From Raillietiella orientalis (lineage: Eukaryota), in NCBI GenBank assembly GCA_036172245.1, contig JAYWIR010000030.1, positions 1,116,001 through 1,180,000 on the forward strand: a stretch of 64,000 nucleotides of DNA, written 5' to 3'. The position numbers were made by a program, and so were the translations under genes. Shown here piece by piece: positions 1 through 12,416 of the stretch. The notes beneath the pieces were generated by a model, which ran no database searches, had not been told where the DNA came from, and saw nothing but the letters and a program-made list of their open reading frames with translations. The stretch's first letter is position 1, and every line of letters begins with the position of its first letter.

Positions 1-3000
1 CAGTATTTGGATCGGTGTCAGATATCTGGTTTAACCAGGGATAACTTTAGCTTTAGCACAAAAATAATGCTGGGCGAATTTCTTGTGCCAGAAGGAAATA
101 AAGGCTTTTTGAGATTGAGTCCTATGCAAGCATGGCAGCAAGTAGAGGAAGCAAAAATGACCAAAGCAATTCGTATTGGTGGAATGCGCAGTCGAGATGC
201 CTCGGGAGCTGTTCAGGAATGCAAAAACATACCGGAAAATTACTTTGCTGATAATTCACAAAACTTTGGTACTGCAAAGTCAACTACACATCTCCAGAAT
301 GCCGAAAATTGCCTTTCTCAGTACGTATTAAAGCGTTTTTTTTTTTTTTTCTCTCTTCTGTTAACTGCATTCACTAGAGTATTGGAAAAAACAACCACAC
401 ATCATCTTTCAGAGGACTCGAATTCTTTGGTGATGTTAAACCAAATGCCAAACCAACAAAAACTAGCATCATGGTTGCCTCCATCACTGATGTCCAATCA
501 GGTGAGGTATTCATTTCTGCCACCATTTTGATTCCGTTTTAGGCCTATGATTTGGGGTTTGATGATCCTGCAGAGGTGTTTTTGACTGTGGAAATGGTAA
601 AAATTGACTGCTAAGGTTTCTTGACTGGTTTCGTTTTGTCAGGAAAGAGAGCGACGTCGACAGCATGCTTCTGCTGTACGTGCACTGGAGAACCGCAAGC
701 GTTGGGAAGAACGAGAGCGCCGCCGACAAGCACAAAAAGCTGAGAAGCAATTGGATCGTGAGAAACGATCAAAGCAAAGGCAGCAAGACCAGTTGCTCTT
801 GAAAGAAAGTCGTAAGCCAGCTGAAGATTTAGAATTGAGTGGTAAGTGTCAGATGTAGGGCATGTGCTTCAGTACATGGATTAGACCAGAAACCTCTTAA
901 GAAGTTGGAACGCATCCCTAACTTACTGTTAGCAGGACGTTGTTTTGCAGACGTTCTCATGGTGCATGAATTTTTGCACAACTTTGGAGAGACTTTGGGA
1001 TTTGGTAAAGCTAGAAATTTGGAGAAAAAGGAGTGCATGTATATTTTCAGACATGGATAGTTTGCCTACTTTAAATACTCTACAACTAGCACTGCTAAAT
1101 AATGAACAGGCGGAAGAAGAGCTCCTTTCAGTTATGATGCACTTAATGGTTTGTGCAATTGAGGATCCTGGAATTCCTCATCCTGGCCGCCACACTACAC
1201 TGTTGGGTCAATCTTTGCGTCAAGCAGATATCACGGCCTCGACCTTATCTGAAGTGTTGCGGATTTATTTAAGAGCGCAAGCCATTGGCAGTGTACTAAC
1301 TTCTCTTGGAGCATGCGGCGAATACAAGAAAGATATGCAATTAGAAAGAACAGTGATATTTCAACAGCAGTTGCATTCTCATCCCATTTATCATATGGCA
1401 GAATGGCTCCAGTGTCACCCATTTCTTTCTTTGGCACCATCTCGAAAAGCTGCCATTTTAGCATACCTTTGCAATGAATTGTTGTCTAATAAAGCAATCC
1501 TCAGGCAGATAGATGGCTGCATAGAAGAAGTTTCTCAACTGCGCCGTCAGAAGTGGCAACTAGAAGGGCGACTACGGAGGTTTGTCAGTTATGTGCCAAT
1601 GCAAACCTGATTGGAAATTTAGATTTGGAATAGCTTTAGAACAGACATCAAGTAGCAACAAAGAAGAAAGTGATGCTGGGAGTAAGCAGCTGGAGGCTGA
1701 TAATGGTAATGGAGAGGAAGATGATGATGATGCAGAAGATCCTAGTTATAGTGAATCAGAGAGTTGCTCCGCAATTCAGGAAGTGGAACTCCCAGAGGAG
1801 GTTTGTTTTTGTAAGACAGCCAGTGCATTACTTTTTTGATATATAGGAAACAAATCGTTGTACTTCGAGAGAAGATTTGGAACTGGAAATTAAAAAACTT
1901 GAGGAAGAAAAGGAGACATTAAAGCATGAATGTTGGGTCAAAGCTGGTCAACTGAGAGCTCTTCATCTAGGACAAGACAGGTAATTAAAGCCTGTCAATA
2001 TCATCATGATTTTGTAGGTTCTATCGACATTACTGGATCCTGCCAAATGCCGGTGGCATTTTTGTTGAAGGCCTGGCATCTGGTTTGACAGATGAAAGTT
2101 TAGCTATGCTTGGAATTGAAGAACCAAGTATTTGTTCCAATGAACTTTCTAGCAAGTCTGACATCTGTGATCCACACTCAAATAAGACAGACCTGATTGT
2201 AGAAAGTGCTGGTGGTGAACAGTGTATTCAAAGTGTAGAATGTAAAAAGGACCCCAGTTCCACAAACACTTCCCCCAAATTGCATGAAGCACCTGTTGAT
2301 TCATGGGAAAAAAAAACATGTGATGCAGAAATGTCATTAGAATCTGAGACCTCCTTTCCAAATGATTACTGTGTTCCCGATAATCAGTGGTTCAGTGTGC
2401 TTTGTAGAGATATCTGTGATGTGAGTACTATAGATACTACACTGTCAAAAGATTTTGGATTGAATTTGACTTGTGTGGATAGTGCTCAGGATTGGAATGA
2501 AGAATTTCTTATGAGCACTTCTACAGTGAGATCTGTTCAGCCTCAAAATGTCAGTAGCAACATTTCTTCATTATTAGAGCAGCAGGATAATGCCACATCT
2601 GTTGATAGGCAGATGATTCTTCAAAAATTGCACCTATATCCAGAAGCTAAGTCTGTTCCAACAGGTATGTTTGCATTCATAACCTCTTGCCAAAACAGTG
2701 CTATAAAGGACATTGTGTGATGTATTCACCAGAAGTTGGTTTAATAATTGAGTTCAATATGTTTAATAAAGCATAGTGTATCCATTGTAAAATACCAAAG
2801 GAAAAAAAGTGAATATTATAAATGTTTTGCATTGTTTAAATGTAGAGCTGTTGGATTAAATAATTCATTTTACTGGATGTTCATGGCTAGGACTGTTTGC
2901 AGTTGCCACTGGCATTGTGCTCATAGATCCTACGTATGTTTTCAATTAGTGATTCTTTGGTTCGCAGTACCTTATTAATAACGTGTTCATTCACCATGTC

Positions 3001-6000
3001 ATGTTTACTGAAACTTTTTGATGATGAGTAAAAAATGCATTGTCACATTTGTGACAGTTGTAGGCAGTACAAAATACATGGGCATCATTTTTGTTTTGTT
3101 TGTAATTTTTGTTTAAGCTTATGATAATTGTGGTAATGGTCAAATTTTGTTTTGAATTTTTTTGTTATATCGAAGCAAGATTTTTTATCAAACCCGACTT
3201 TTTCTTCTTCCTTTAGTTATTTTTATTCAATTTTTATCGTTGATTTCTGTTGCCAAAGTCGATACTGTTTGTAAGGTATAAACTATGTTTGGACACTATG
3301 TTTTGCATATATATCAAATATCAATGTATTTTGAGTTGATATCTGAAGTGTATGAGCAGTTAGGCCTGTTTGGGTATAAGTAAGTTTATTACAAAAGTTT
3401 CCCTCATTCCCCTGAAAAAGTTTCAAGTCTGAAGAAACTTCATTGCTTTAGTGATGTAATTTTCAGTGATTAAATTTTGAGTTAAAGTGTTTCAAATTTG
3501 TCAGGCATATTTTAACATGTTTAAATCTTTTACATGAAGAAAGAGGAAGGGAAATCATGATTTTGATATCGTGATTTCATTTCCATTTACCTATGTGTTT
3601 ACATATATTGGCGTATATCAAACAGATAAAAAATTTTCAAGAACAATTGTTTTTATCATGAAGATAGAAGAATGCTGTCATTGAATGATGCATCCTTTAG
3701 AAAAAAAAAAAAAAAAATAGATGAAAATTTGCTAAGCATGCACAAAGAGAGGGGATGGCATAAGATTCATAATTTTTCTGTTAATGCACAGTGATCATTT
3801 CCTTTTCGAGATGCTCCAGTTTCCTACAGTTTCTTGCTCGTGTATATGCTATTTTACTCTTAGAATCGCCTAACTATATATGGATATAATGCACACTGAG
3901 TTCTTTCGTGAATCTTGTGATCACCCTTCTACTTGCAGCAAAGCAGCACCCAAAACCATATCATAATATTGGCTTAAAGCATGTACGTAATGCAGTCATC
4001 TTGATTTTCTTTCTTTATGTTCTCTGTGATGTCCTTGTATTCTAGGCTCTCTTTTTGTTATAAATTGTGAGAATGCTGAGCATTGTGAATGTAATGGGCT
4101 AGCAATGATTTCAGATCTTTTAGATAAGCTTACAGAAAATCGATATATTTTGGTGCATAATTTCCAATACTTCACATCAATAATATCAAATTATGATCTT
4201 GAATTGGGTATTTTCAAGTTGGATGAAAAATGTAAACTTACAGACTTTGTCCTTTGATTTCTCTATTCACTTTTCCCAGAATTCAGAAGTGGATGGTGGA
4301 TCATATCCAGCTGGTTAAATGCTGGTGAATTGCTGTCATCTCTTCATCCCAGAGGCATACGTGAAAGGGAACTTAAAAAATGGTTGGAGAAAAACAAAGA
4401 ACTGATTGAGCATGCATGTGCAAAGGTATGTTTGCATTATTCAGATGATTCGTGTATGTGTTCAGAAAATAATTGAATAAAATGAGAAAGTAAGATTTTG
4501 AGATTACATTTGAATAGAGCAATGCAGAATAATGGCAGTCCTGGTTTTCATATTCTTATGAATTGGTATAAGCTGGTTAATCCGGTGAATTTTTCATGTG
4601 TCTGTAACTATTAGAACGTCTTTCCTAAGTTCATAGTGATTTTTATTGTTTGATATAAAGGAATTATCGTTTAAGGCGGCATCTGACCATAAATATTTAT
4701 AGGGCTTTTTTGGTGAAAACTGCTGCTAATGTGGTGGTGGAAACAGCAAATCTTAATAACAGTCATCTGAATTTCAATGGAAAACTAGCATAGGAAATTT
4801 CTCATTTTTGTATCAATGGTAAATCAGCATAAACTAAGTATCAAAACAATGACTTTCTATTCAGAATACTTGTGGGTGTTATTATGTGACTTATCTCCAA
4901 AGACAGTTGAAGCTTTGGGGAGAAAGTAATTTAAAATATGCCTTTAGAAACAAGCTCAAAATCTATGGACTTCCAAATATTGGAAAGACAGAATATGTTA
5001 GTGTTAGTCATGTAGTTTCCATCGTGCTTCAATTATATCAGCATCAGTATTTAATGGTTACATGAATTTATTTTATGGTTTATTGGACATGCATCAAAGT
5101 GTAATTGTATTAGATGTGTATTTTGATTTTCTCTAAAGAAAATGCAGACAAAACCTAGAGGATTGTTAAGTGCAGGAACATGAACTTTGTACCTTGAAAT
5201 ATACCATGTATCTCTCGGTGCACATTAAAGGAAGGCATTTAAATGGAAGTTTTCTAAGCACATAAGGCAATGTGCAAACTTTTGTGTAGTGAAATGCTTA
5301 ACGTAATAAAATGCTAGGTAAACAAAGCAAGAATCCAACTGTTTGCCACATTACAATTGAGTGTAACCCTCGATATTTAATGTGTATGTTGTTACTGAAT
5401 AAAAAGCAAGGAAAGCAAGTCATCTTGATTCGAGTTTTTTACTTTCAGAACTTGGTGAATCAGTTCTCACATAAAGCCACAGATCAGCAGTATGGGATTC
5501 GGTACCTACCCTGTGGAGCTGTTGATCCTCTTTCTGGCGAGATATGGTCACGAGCATCTGCATTGCGATTCGATCTAAAGATTTTGGAACAAGTTGAATC
5601 TTTAGAAGACAAAGTGTGTACTGCTAGTATGCAAGTCAATGGTTGGAAAGGATCTGAAAAGCGGAGTGGAGATGACCCCAATCTTTTCCATCCGTCTTGT
5701 GAAACAGTGCATGCAAATGATGCCCGAGAAAATCCTCTGGAAATTGCCAAAGAAAAACTTTTAGCTATGGAAAATGCTATAGAGCGCAGATATTTCCGTG
5801 AACCCTTGAGGTTTGTTTTGTGTGAATTATGTCAGGATGGTTTTCCGAGAAAGTTACCTTTATAGAGGGAAAGATTCAACCATAAATGTGATGAGTGGAG
5901 ATGGGAATGGAGAAGAGGTGGAGCCATCTAAAGGACTGTTGGTGTGGAGAGATGCAGTGCAACGAAGTAATACTTCTGCTCAGCTAGCTTCTTGCATAGC

Positions 6001-6892
6001 TATGTTGGAAACTTCCATTGCTTGGGATAAAAGTATTATGAAAGCAGTAAGTCAGAGAATTCCAGTGCATAAATGACTTGAATTATTTGCAGAGCTGTCA
6101 GTTTTGCCATTGTGGAGATAATGAAGATATGTTGCTTCTGTGTGATGGCTGTGATAAAGGTTACCATATGTACTGTTTTCGACCTAAGATGACCATCATT
6201 CCTGAGGGTGATTGGTACTGTTATGAGTGCCTCAATGTAGCCACAGGTCAACGGTGTTGTTTGGTTTGCGGTGATAATTCCAGTCGTGGATTGTGCGTGT
6301 GTGATCAGTGCCCACGTGCCTTCCACATGAATTGTTTGCAACCTCCATTGGGGCGTCTTCCACGTGGAAAGTGGCTTTGCAATGAATGTTCACGTCAGAA
6401 TAAGAAGAAACACAAAAGATCTCGATTGAGTCAAGAAGGTCATGAAGGAGCTCCTACAGAACTTGTTGAAGAACCAAAGAAAAAGAAGTGTAGTTCACGG
6501 TGTCCCTCTAAAGATATGCATTCTTGCTATGCTGCTTTGTCTGATTTGGAAGGGCATGATGATGCTTGGCCATTTTTATTACCTGTCAACACCAAACAAT
6601 TCCCCACTTACCGGAAGATCATCAAAACTCCAATGGATTTAAGTTCACTTAGAAGAAAATTACAAGAGGGAAAGTAGGTGACTTAAATGACATGTTTCAG
6701 TAATTTTGTGATAGGTATAAAAACCAGGAAGAATTTGCTGTTGATGTACGTCAAATATTTAAGAACTGTGAAGTCTTCAATGAAGATGATTCACCTGTGG
6801 GCAAAGCAGGTCATAATATGCACAGCTTTTTTGAAATACGTTGGGCAGAGTACACAAACTCTGTTCCTGCTGATGCTTCTGATCTCACTTGA
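1..6892 (+). CDS. BAZ2B: Bromodomain adjacent to zinc finger domain protein 2B / toutatis-like (5'-partial)
   Basis: Hand-spliced, phase-consistent GT-AG exons: <1-320, 378-501, 543-596 (alternative donor after 575), 643-841, 885-1004, 1051-1579, 1623-1800, 1847-1980, 2018-2664, 4280-4425, 5449-5810, 5866-6046, 6093-6673, 6715-6892 (TGA). Encodes the end of the MBD/TAM domain (RDNFSFSTKIMLGEF), ERERRRQH coiled coil, DDT domain (FADVLMVHEFLHNFGETLGF), WHIM motifs (LGQDRFYRHYWILP; GWW..LHPRGIRE), two PHD fingers (CQFC..CDGCDKGYHMYC; CLVC..CDQCPRAFHMNC) and a bromodomain (AWPFLLPVN..PMDL..NCEVFNEDDSPVG). Confidence 0.95.
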
Positions 6893-6973
6893 TCCATAGG
6901 AGCTACATTATTTATTACTTCTGCATATGTGATACTTAGGTTAGGTTTGATAATTAAAATACCATACATTTTA

Positions 6974-7910
6974 TTAATCCTGGTTTTGTAAGAGGGGCTG
7001 AGAACTTTCATCAACTAATTCAATGTACTTGTATGCAGTGTAACCTAATAATATAGCCCATTTCATCAGCATGAAACACCAAACAGCTACAATAAAATAG
7101 CTCGTTTTCACTGGCAACAGAGCTGCAAGAACAAAATCACCATTTTAACTTTGTCAACTTGCAAAGGAGACACATTTTTACATGCATGTTGTATGCTTAC
7201 TTAGCACATTTTATAAAACTGATGTAAAAAAAAAAAAAAAAAAAGGCTTTTCCTAAAACATTTATTATTATGAACAAAACAAATAACTCAGTATTTAATT
7301 TACCAATTTGGGCCACATTTTGCTTTTCGTGCGTGCAGTACATGAGAAAGTAAACATTGTGGAGCTTTATTTATTAATGTTTATTATTATTTGGATCAAC
7401 CAGTGGCGTGAATTTAAATCTAAGTTACTTAAGATGCGAAGCTCAAATACGTGCATCGTAAAGATCACTAAGCACCGAAAACTGGCATGTAATACTCACG
7501 TATTTTATAGGCTTTTGCTAGGATACAATAATCCAATAATCCAATAAATGCCAATGTGCCCACAAGTGCACTGAATGCAATAATTACACGCAAGTGTTTT
7601 GAGCTACAAAAATTGGATTGCTTCCTATGCAAACAATGCAGGGCAAGCGATAAACCAGCTGGTATTGCTAAAAAAGAAAAAAAAAAAAAGTCAGGTTAAA
7701 CTGACTGTTGAAACGAACTTGCAATTATCATAGCGTGCTTTCAACTCAACCACATTTCAGGTACGTAGTCATGTCTTTACCTGATAAGCCGGCCCACACG
7801 GACGCGTGTATGTTGCCATAAAAAGCAAAGCAAACGCAGGCTGCCAGTCCTGCAACGATCCCAATTGAGCTTATTAAGACGTTGATCAGATTGTTTCGAC
7901 GGAAGCACAT
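6974..7910 (-). CDS. HRG1: Heme transporter HRG-1 (SLC48A1 family), 148 aa, four TM segments
   Basis: Exons 7910-7781, 7667-7500, 7122-6974 joined by GT-AG phase-1 introns give 447 nt: MCFRRNNLINVLISSIGIVAGLAACVCFAFYGNIHASVWAGLSAIPAGLSLALHCLHRKQ...SYFIVAVWCFMLMKWAILLGYTAYKYIELVDESSQPLLQNQD*. Size, TM2 His and the SY..VW.F..KWA.LL..Y motif match human HRG1 ([26 protein letters not shown]). AATAAA overlaps the stop. Confidence 0.9.
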
Positions 7911-8012
7911 GTTCACGACCTATCTGAAGCGCCCCAGGGCAAAAGCTGGTGTCCAAAGGACGCTTTCGTCCTGCCACGTGACCACACTACAGTCGTTTGG
8001 TTCAGTCGTGTT

Positions 8013-10560
8013 TCAGGTTAACCCCTCTGTGGAAGCCATCGAATTGACCATGGGGCATTCCTTTGCCATGCATTCCTCACTTTGGTTCTCTTGGAAATGT
8101 AGCTTCCAGGCGGACTGCTCTCGTGACGTTACCTCTCCCTGAGAGAATCTCAGTAGTCTCCATTGATCCACAATATTCAAAGAAGAGACGCATACATCAC
8201 TAAGAATCCGCTCCACGAATAATTGCATTGATGAGTACGCCTCTTGGAAAAGTGGGAATTATGGAAATCTAAGCTGTTGGTGTTATTTTCTTCCGATGGT
8301 TTTCCTGATGCATTACAGTCACAAAATATGTTCTGCATCCACAATCGTAGGTGAAGAAATCGGAATGAATTTTTCTTCGCAAAAGAATATTTATTCAATT
8401 ACAACAGAAGGAGTTAAAATTCTTAAAGCTCTTTCCACAATGCATTTGTAAGACCTACTGGAGACATTACTATTTGAAAATACCCCATGCCGTAACTAAC
8501 TTTTTACTGTATTTTTGTTTGCGAATCCATCATTTGCACTACACAAATGCTATCGAGAATATCTAGGACTCGCTTGTTAGCTAAACGCGTAGTTCTTATA
8601 TGCAGCCATTTTCTCATCTTTTCCGAAGATGTCTGCTTTCCTCCTAGGTTTTTGTTTGCATTTGCGAACATCACTATTTCTTTCAGTTATTAAAGATTTT
8701 CCAATTTTTCTTCCCCCAAAATCATTCCGCTTTTTGGAGATTTATCATCACTGTTACAGATTTTGACCTCTAACTCTGAATTTTACATCTATAGGTAACC
8801 TTCATTTCAAGGACATGCATATGCAACTTGTATGCAATTGGCAACGGCACAAATACATTCACATGCAAAGCAAAGGCAAATCTGATCCTCCCTTCGCTAA
8901 AATCAGTTTTTAGGATGGATGCTTAAAATTTGTTTCACTGCATTAGGTCCCTGAGTTATTCTGCTTCTCTAAATTCAAAGAATTCACTGATATTTTACTA
9001 AATGCAAATCGTTGTATGCGCCATGCCTTGTTGTTAATCTCTGTCAAGTGTGATTCAAGGCTTATAGAACCCGGTCTCATCACTAGAAAACTCTTATTTT
9101 TCTTCAAAAATACCATTACTAATATCAGATTTATTTAATAAATTAATTTCTTGTAATCTGTTACATAAAACACTGCTAAGCTCATTTGTAGCTTATGCAA
9201 GGAGCACATTTCCTCAACACATTACGAAACTTCAAATTGGACGACAAATTATCATTATGGATTTCCCATGAGAAATGCCTCTTCATTTTCTGATGGGCCT
9301 GCGATAAAAGTGATCATGAAAACAAGCCCTGATTCTCTTGAACAAATTGCTTTTCCAGCACAATCCCCAAAATGTCTGTGGGTTTCCTTGAAGCTGCTGA
9401 CAAAATGGTTCCCATGGACTGGGGGCGGGAGGGCTTACGTACTTGATGCTCTCTTAAAGCTGTTGGACAAAAATGAATATGAAACGCATATCGATCTAAG
9501 ACAAATAGCAGGAAGACAGGTAAAATCTTAAAATCTACCATTGTTGGTTTGTGAGCTCCAGCTTCTCCCCTAGCAGCTGCTATTCGTGTGGCTTCTGAAT
9601 CCAACTCTCCAACTCCCCACAACCATGAAGACAAAATTCTCGTTTCATTCATCGCTCGTGGCGGTGTTATGCCATTCTCAATCCCGCCTGAACTGTGAAC
9701 TCACATGGCTCACATTTTCAATTAAGATTAGATATTTTGGGCATACTTTTTAGTGACTCTTAATCTCCACAACAGCTTCGGATAGTTTTTGAGCATTTGT
9801 CTAGATATAGTGCTTTCCTGTATTTCATCCATCTGATAGTTACTCGCTTTTTCCTCCAAAAACCCCCAAGTTTATTTTCTTGGAGAACTTTCTTTTTGTG
9901 GAAGATCAAAGCTGCCTCGTCAAACAATGTGAGTTAGTGGAGCAACCAATGGAACCTGTGATTATCTGTCTGTCTCATATCTCATTCACTGATTGTCATG
10001 ATGTAGTGCCTAACAACACCAAATGACTCAACTCTGTGGCATTCATTCATTATTTTTTACAGAATTTTCACTAGTGGCATTACTCAGTGACTGTACTGAT
10101 CTTAGAGTTCTTCGAAGGTGCTCAGCGAAAGGTTCATTGGACACTATGCTTCCAGAGAAAGCCTATATTTCACGTTCTAATAGCCCATCTTCAGTATCAG
10201 TTCTGTTCCTTTGTCTAGAGTATTTAAGTCACTCTCCAGAAATGAGAGACTATATTTAGAAGTTTCATAGCTACTCCAGCTTTTTAATCTTAGTATTTTG
10301 TGTTGATTACTAGTGCTCTATATTTTAATCCAGCAACTTCGTATTTCGTTGCTTCTTTGGAGGAGTTCAAATTTCTATCGAATTCCTTTGAAGCCTGCGA
10401 GTTGTTGACTGAAGCTGCAAAAGTGATTGATGAGTACAGACCGCTGTGCGTTCTCTGCCTCCCTGACATATGAGAAGAAAAGTTGTTCACTGGATTTGAC
10501 AACTGTTTGGTTTTCCTTATCTTGCGGAGTATCAGTAGTTAGAAATTATTTGATTCTGAG
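8013..10560 (-). pseudogene. Possible decayed protein-coding tract of unknown identity
   Basis: Minus-strand translation gives long S/N/E/K-rich protein-like stretches broken by scattered stops and frameshifts (e.g. TDTEDGLLEREI*AFSGSIVSNEPFAEHLRRTLRSVQSLSN; MNETRILSSWLWGVGELDSEATRIAAARGEAG). No domain recognised. Confidence 0.25.
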
Positions 10561-11842
10561 AAAATACATTACAACTGGTCACTACTTTCACAACACTCCC
10601 CAATGAACTAAATGATGAATCAACCATTTCCAAGAAGTACTTCTTCAAAGTTTACAACCAGTATTCATTTTTCTTCCTTAACTTCATTTGAGACCATTCA
10701 ATAACTTCAAAGACTCTTCTCAAAGTGAAGTGATCTGAAAATTATTCCATATCTATAGGATATCTCTCTACGCTATATATCTGACAATTTTTTTCAAAAT
10801 TTTGCAATATTCTTTAATGTAAGGACAAAAAATTCCACAAGTTTTGAAAATGTTTTGTGATTTTATCAAAAACTAGCAAAAGTTTTACAAAGAAACAGTA
10901 TAAGGGAAATATCTTCAAGTGCTTGAATAATGAATAACCTCAGAAAAAAGAGTCGTCACGAAGGGTAAGTTTTTTGTAATGGAAACAGAATAAACAACTT
11001 AATATGCTGTTAAAAATGAAAAAAATAGGAGTAGAAATTTTGAATATGCACCAACTGACTAAATGTAAATAAACAAAGGTAAACGATCAGAGTAGAAGAC
11101 TTATATAAAGAAAACCAATTAAAGAAAATAGATGCCGAATCTGTTTGTAATTTCTTTGGATATTTTCTGAAGAAAAGTTCTTCCTTATTAAGATATGTTT
11201 TAGGTGTCATTTTAAAAAATTCGGATTAACATAGGTTTATGATGGCTATACAAAGTGCTGTGTTTATACTGTTTAGCATTAATTTTTTAAAAATATCTAT
11301 GATATGCCTGATAATATTTAGATGGTAAATAAATTAAGAAATAATATAGAAACTCAATTGATTTTTCAAGCTTATCGGAATTTCATTTTAAGTATTATGT
11401 AACATGAATCTTGGTATCACTGCGTGTTTCCTATGCCACACATCCTACGTTGTTAAGTCGTGGTGTGTAGGTGATGAATGTTTAGAGTTTCTTATAAGTA
11501 ATGTTGTAGCTTCTGAAACATTCCATAATCACTTTATAAGTTTGGGATTCTGTTACTGCTTCTTATTGCCTAATGAGCGATGGATCTGAAATTACGGTTT
11601 CATAGCTTCAACAGTCGCGTGCTTTTCGTATTGCGATTAGGTGATGTTTTTAGTGAGTGTTAAACTTTCATCCGAATGCAGTGAATTTTGATTATTGCGT
11701 AATTTTTTAAAAATTTACACCGATGTTTATTGCAAGGAATTTTTGAGGAGCAGTTAATATAATTCAGCTTTTTTGACTAATTCAATTTTCAATTAGTCCC
11801 AGTTGTTTGGTTGTCGCATGGTGTACGGTTAACGAATGAATA

Positions 11843-12416
11843 ATGCAGATATTCGTAAAAACTTTAACTGGTAAGACTATCAGTCTTGAGGTTGAACCTT
11901 CTGATAGCATTGAAAATGTGAAAACCAAGATCCAGGATAAGGAAGGTATCATTTGTGCACCAAGTAGAGTGAAATATCCTCATGAACATTTGTTTTTTGT
12001 TGTAGGGATTCCTCCTGATCAGCAGCGGCTTATTTTTGCCGGAAAACAACTTGAAGAAGGTCGAACTTTGTCTGATTATAACATTCAAAAAGAGTCCACC
12101 TTGCATCTTGTGCTTCGCCTAAGAGGTGGTGCTAAGAAACGGAAGAAGAAGAACTATACTACTAAGAAGAAGACTAAACATAGGCATAAGAAGGTGAAAT
12201 TAGCAGTACTTAAATATTATAAGGTAGGTAAATTTTCAGTGTTACATGATTGAAAATTTTGCTGTTTAGGTTGATGATTCTGGTAAGCTGAGTCGTTTGC
12301 GAAGAGAATGCCCATCTGAGAGCTGTGGAGCTGGAGTATTTATGGCTTCCATGTATGATCGTCAGTACTGTGGAAAATGTGGTCTCACATACCAGTTTAA
12401 AGCTGAAGATAAATAA
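11843..12416 (+). CDS. RPS27A: Ubiquitin-40S ribosomal protein S27a (eS31) fusion, 155 aa
   Basis: Exons 11843-11945, 12006-12223, 12270-12416. Ubiquitin ending LRLRGG is followed by AKKRKKK...[35 protein letters not shown] (C4 zinc ribbon). AATAAA at 12412-12417 overlaps the stop. Confidence 0.97.

Noticed and set aside
6936..6945. TTAGGTTAGG, arthropod telomere-like motif
   Set aside because: Only two units; expected by chance.
11471..11589. C-box-like GTGATGA with downstream CTGA motifs upstream of RPS27A (possible C/D snoRNA)
   Set aside because: No terminal stem or rRNA-complementary guide that I could recognise; such motifs are common in AT-rich DNA.
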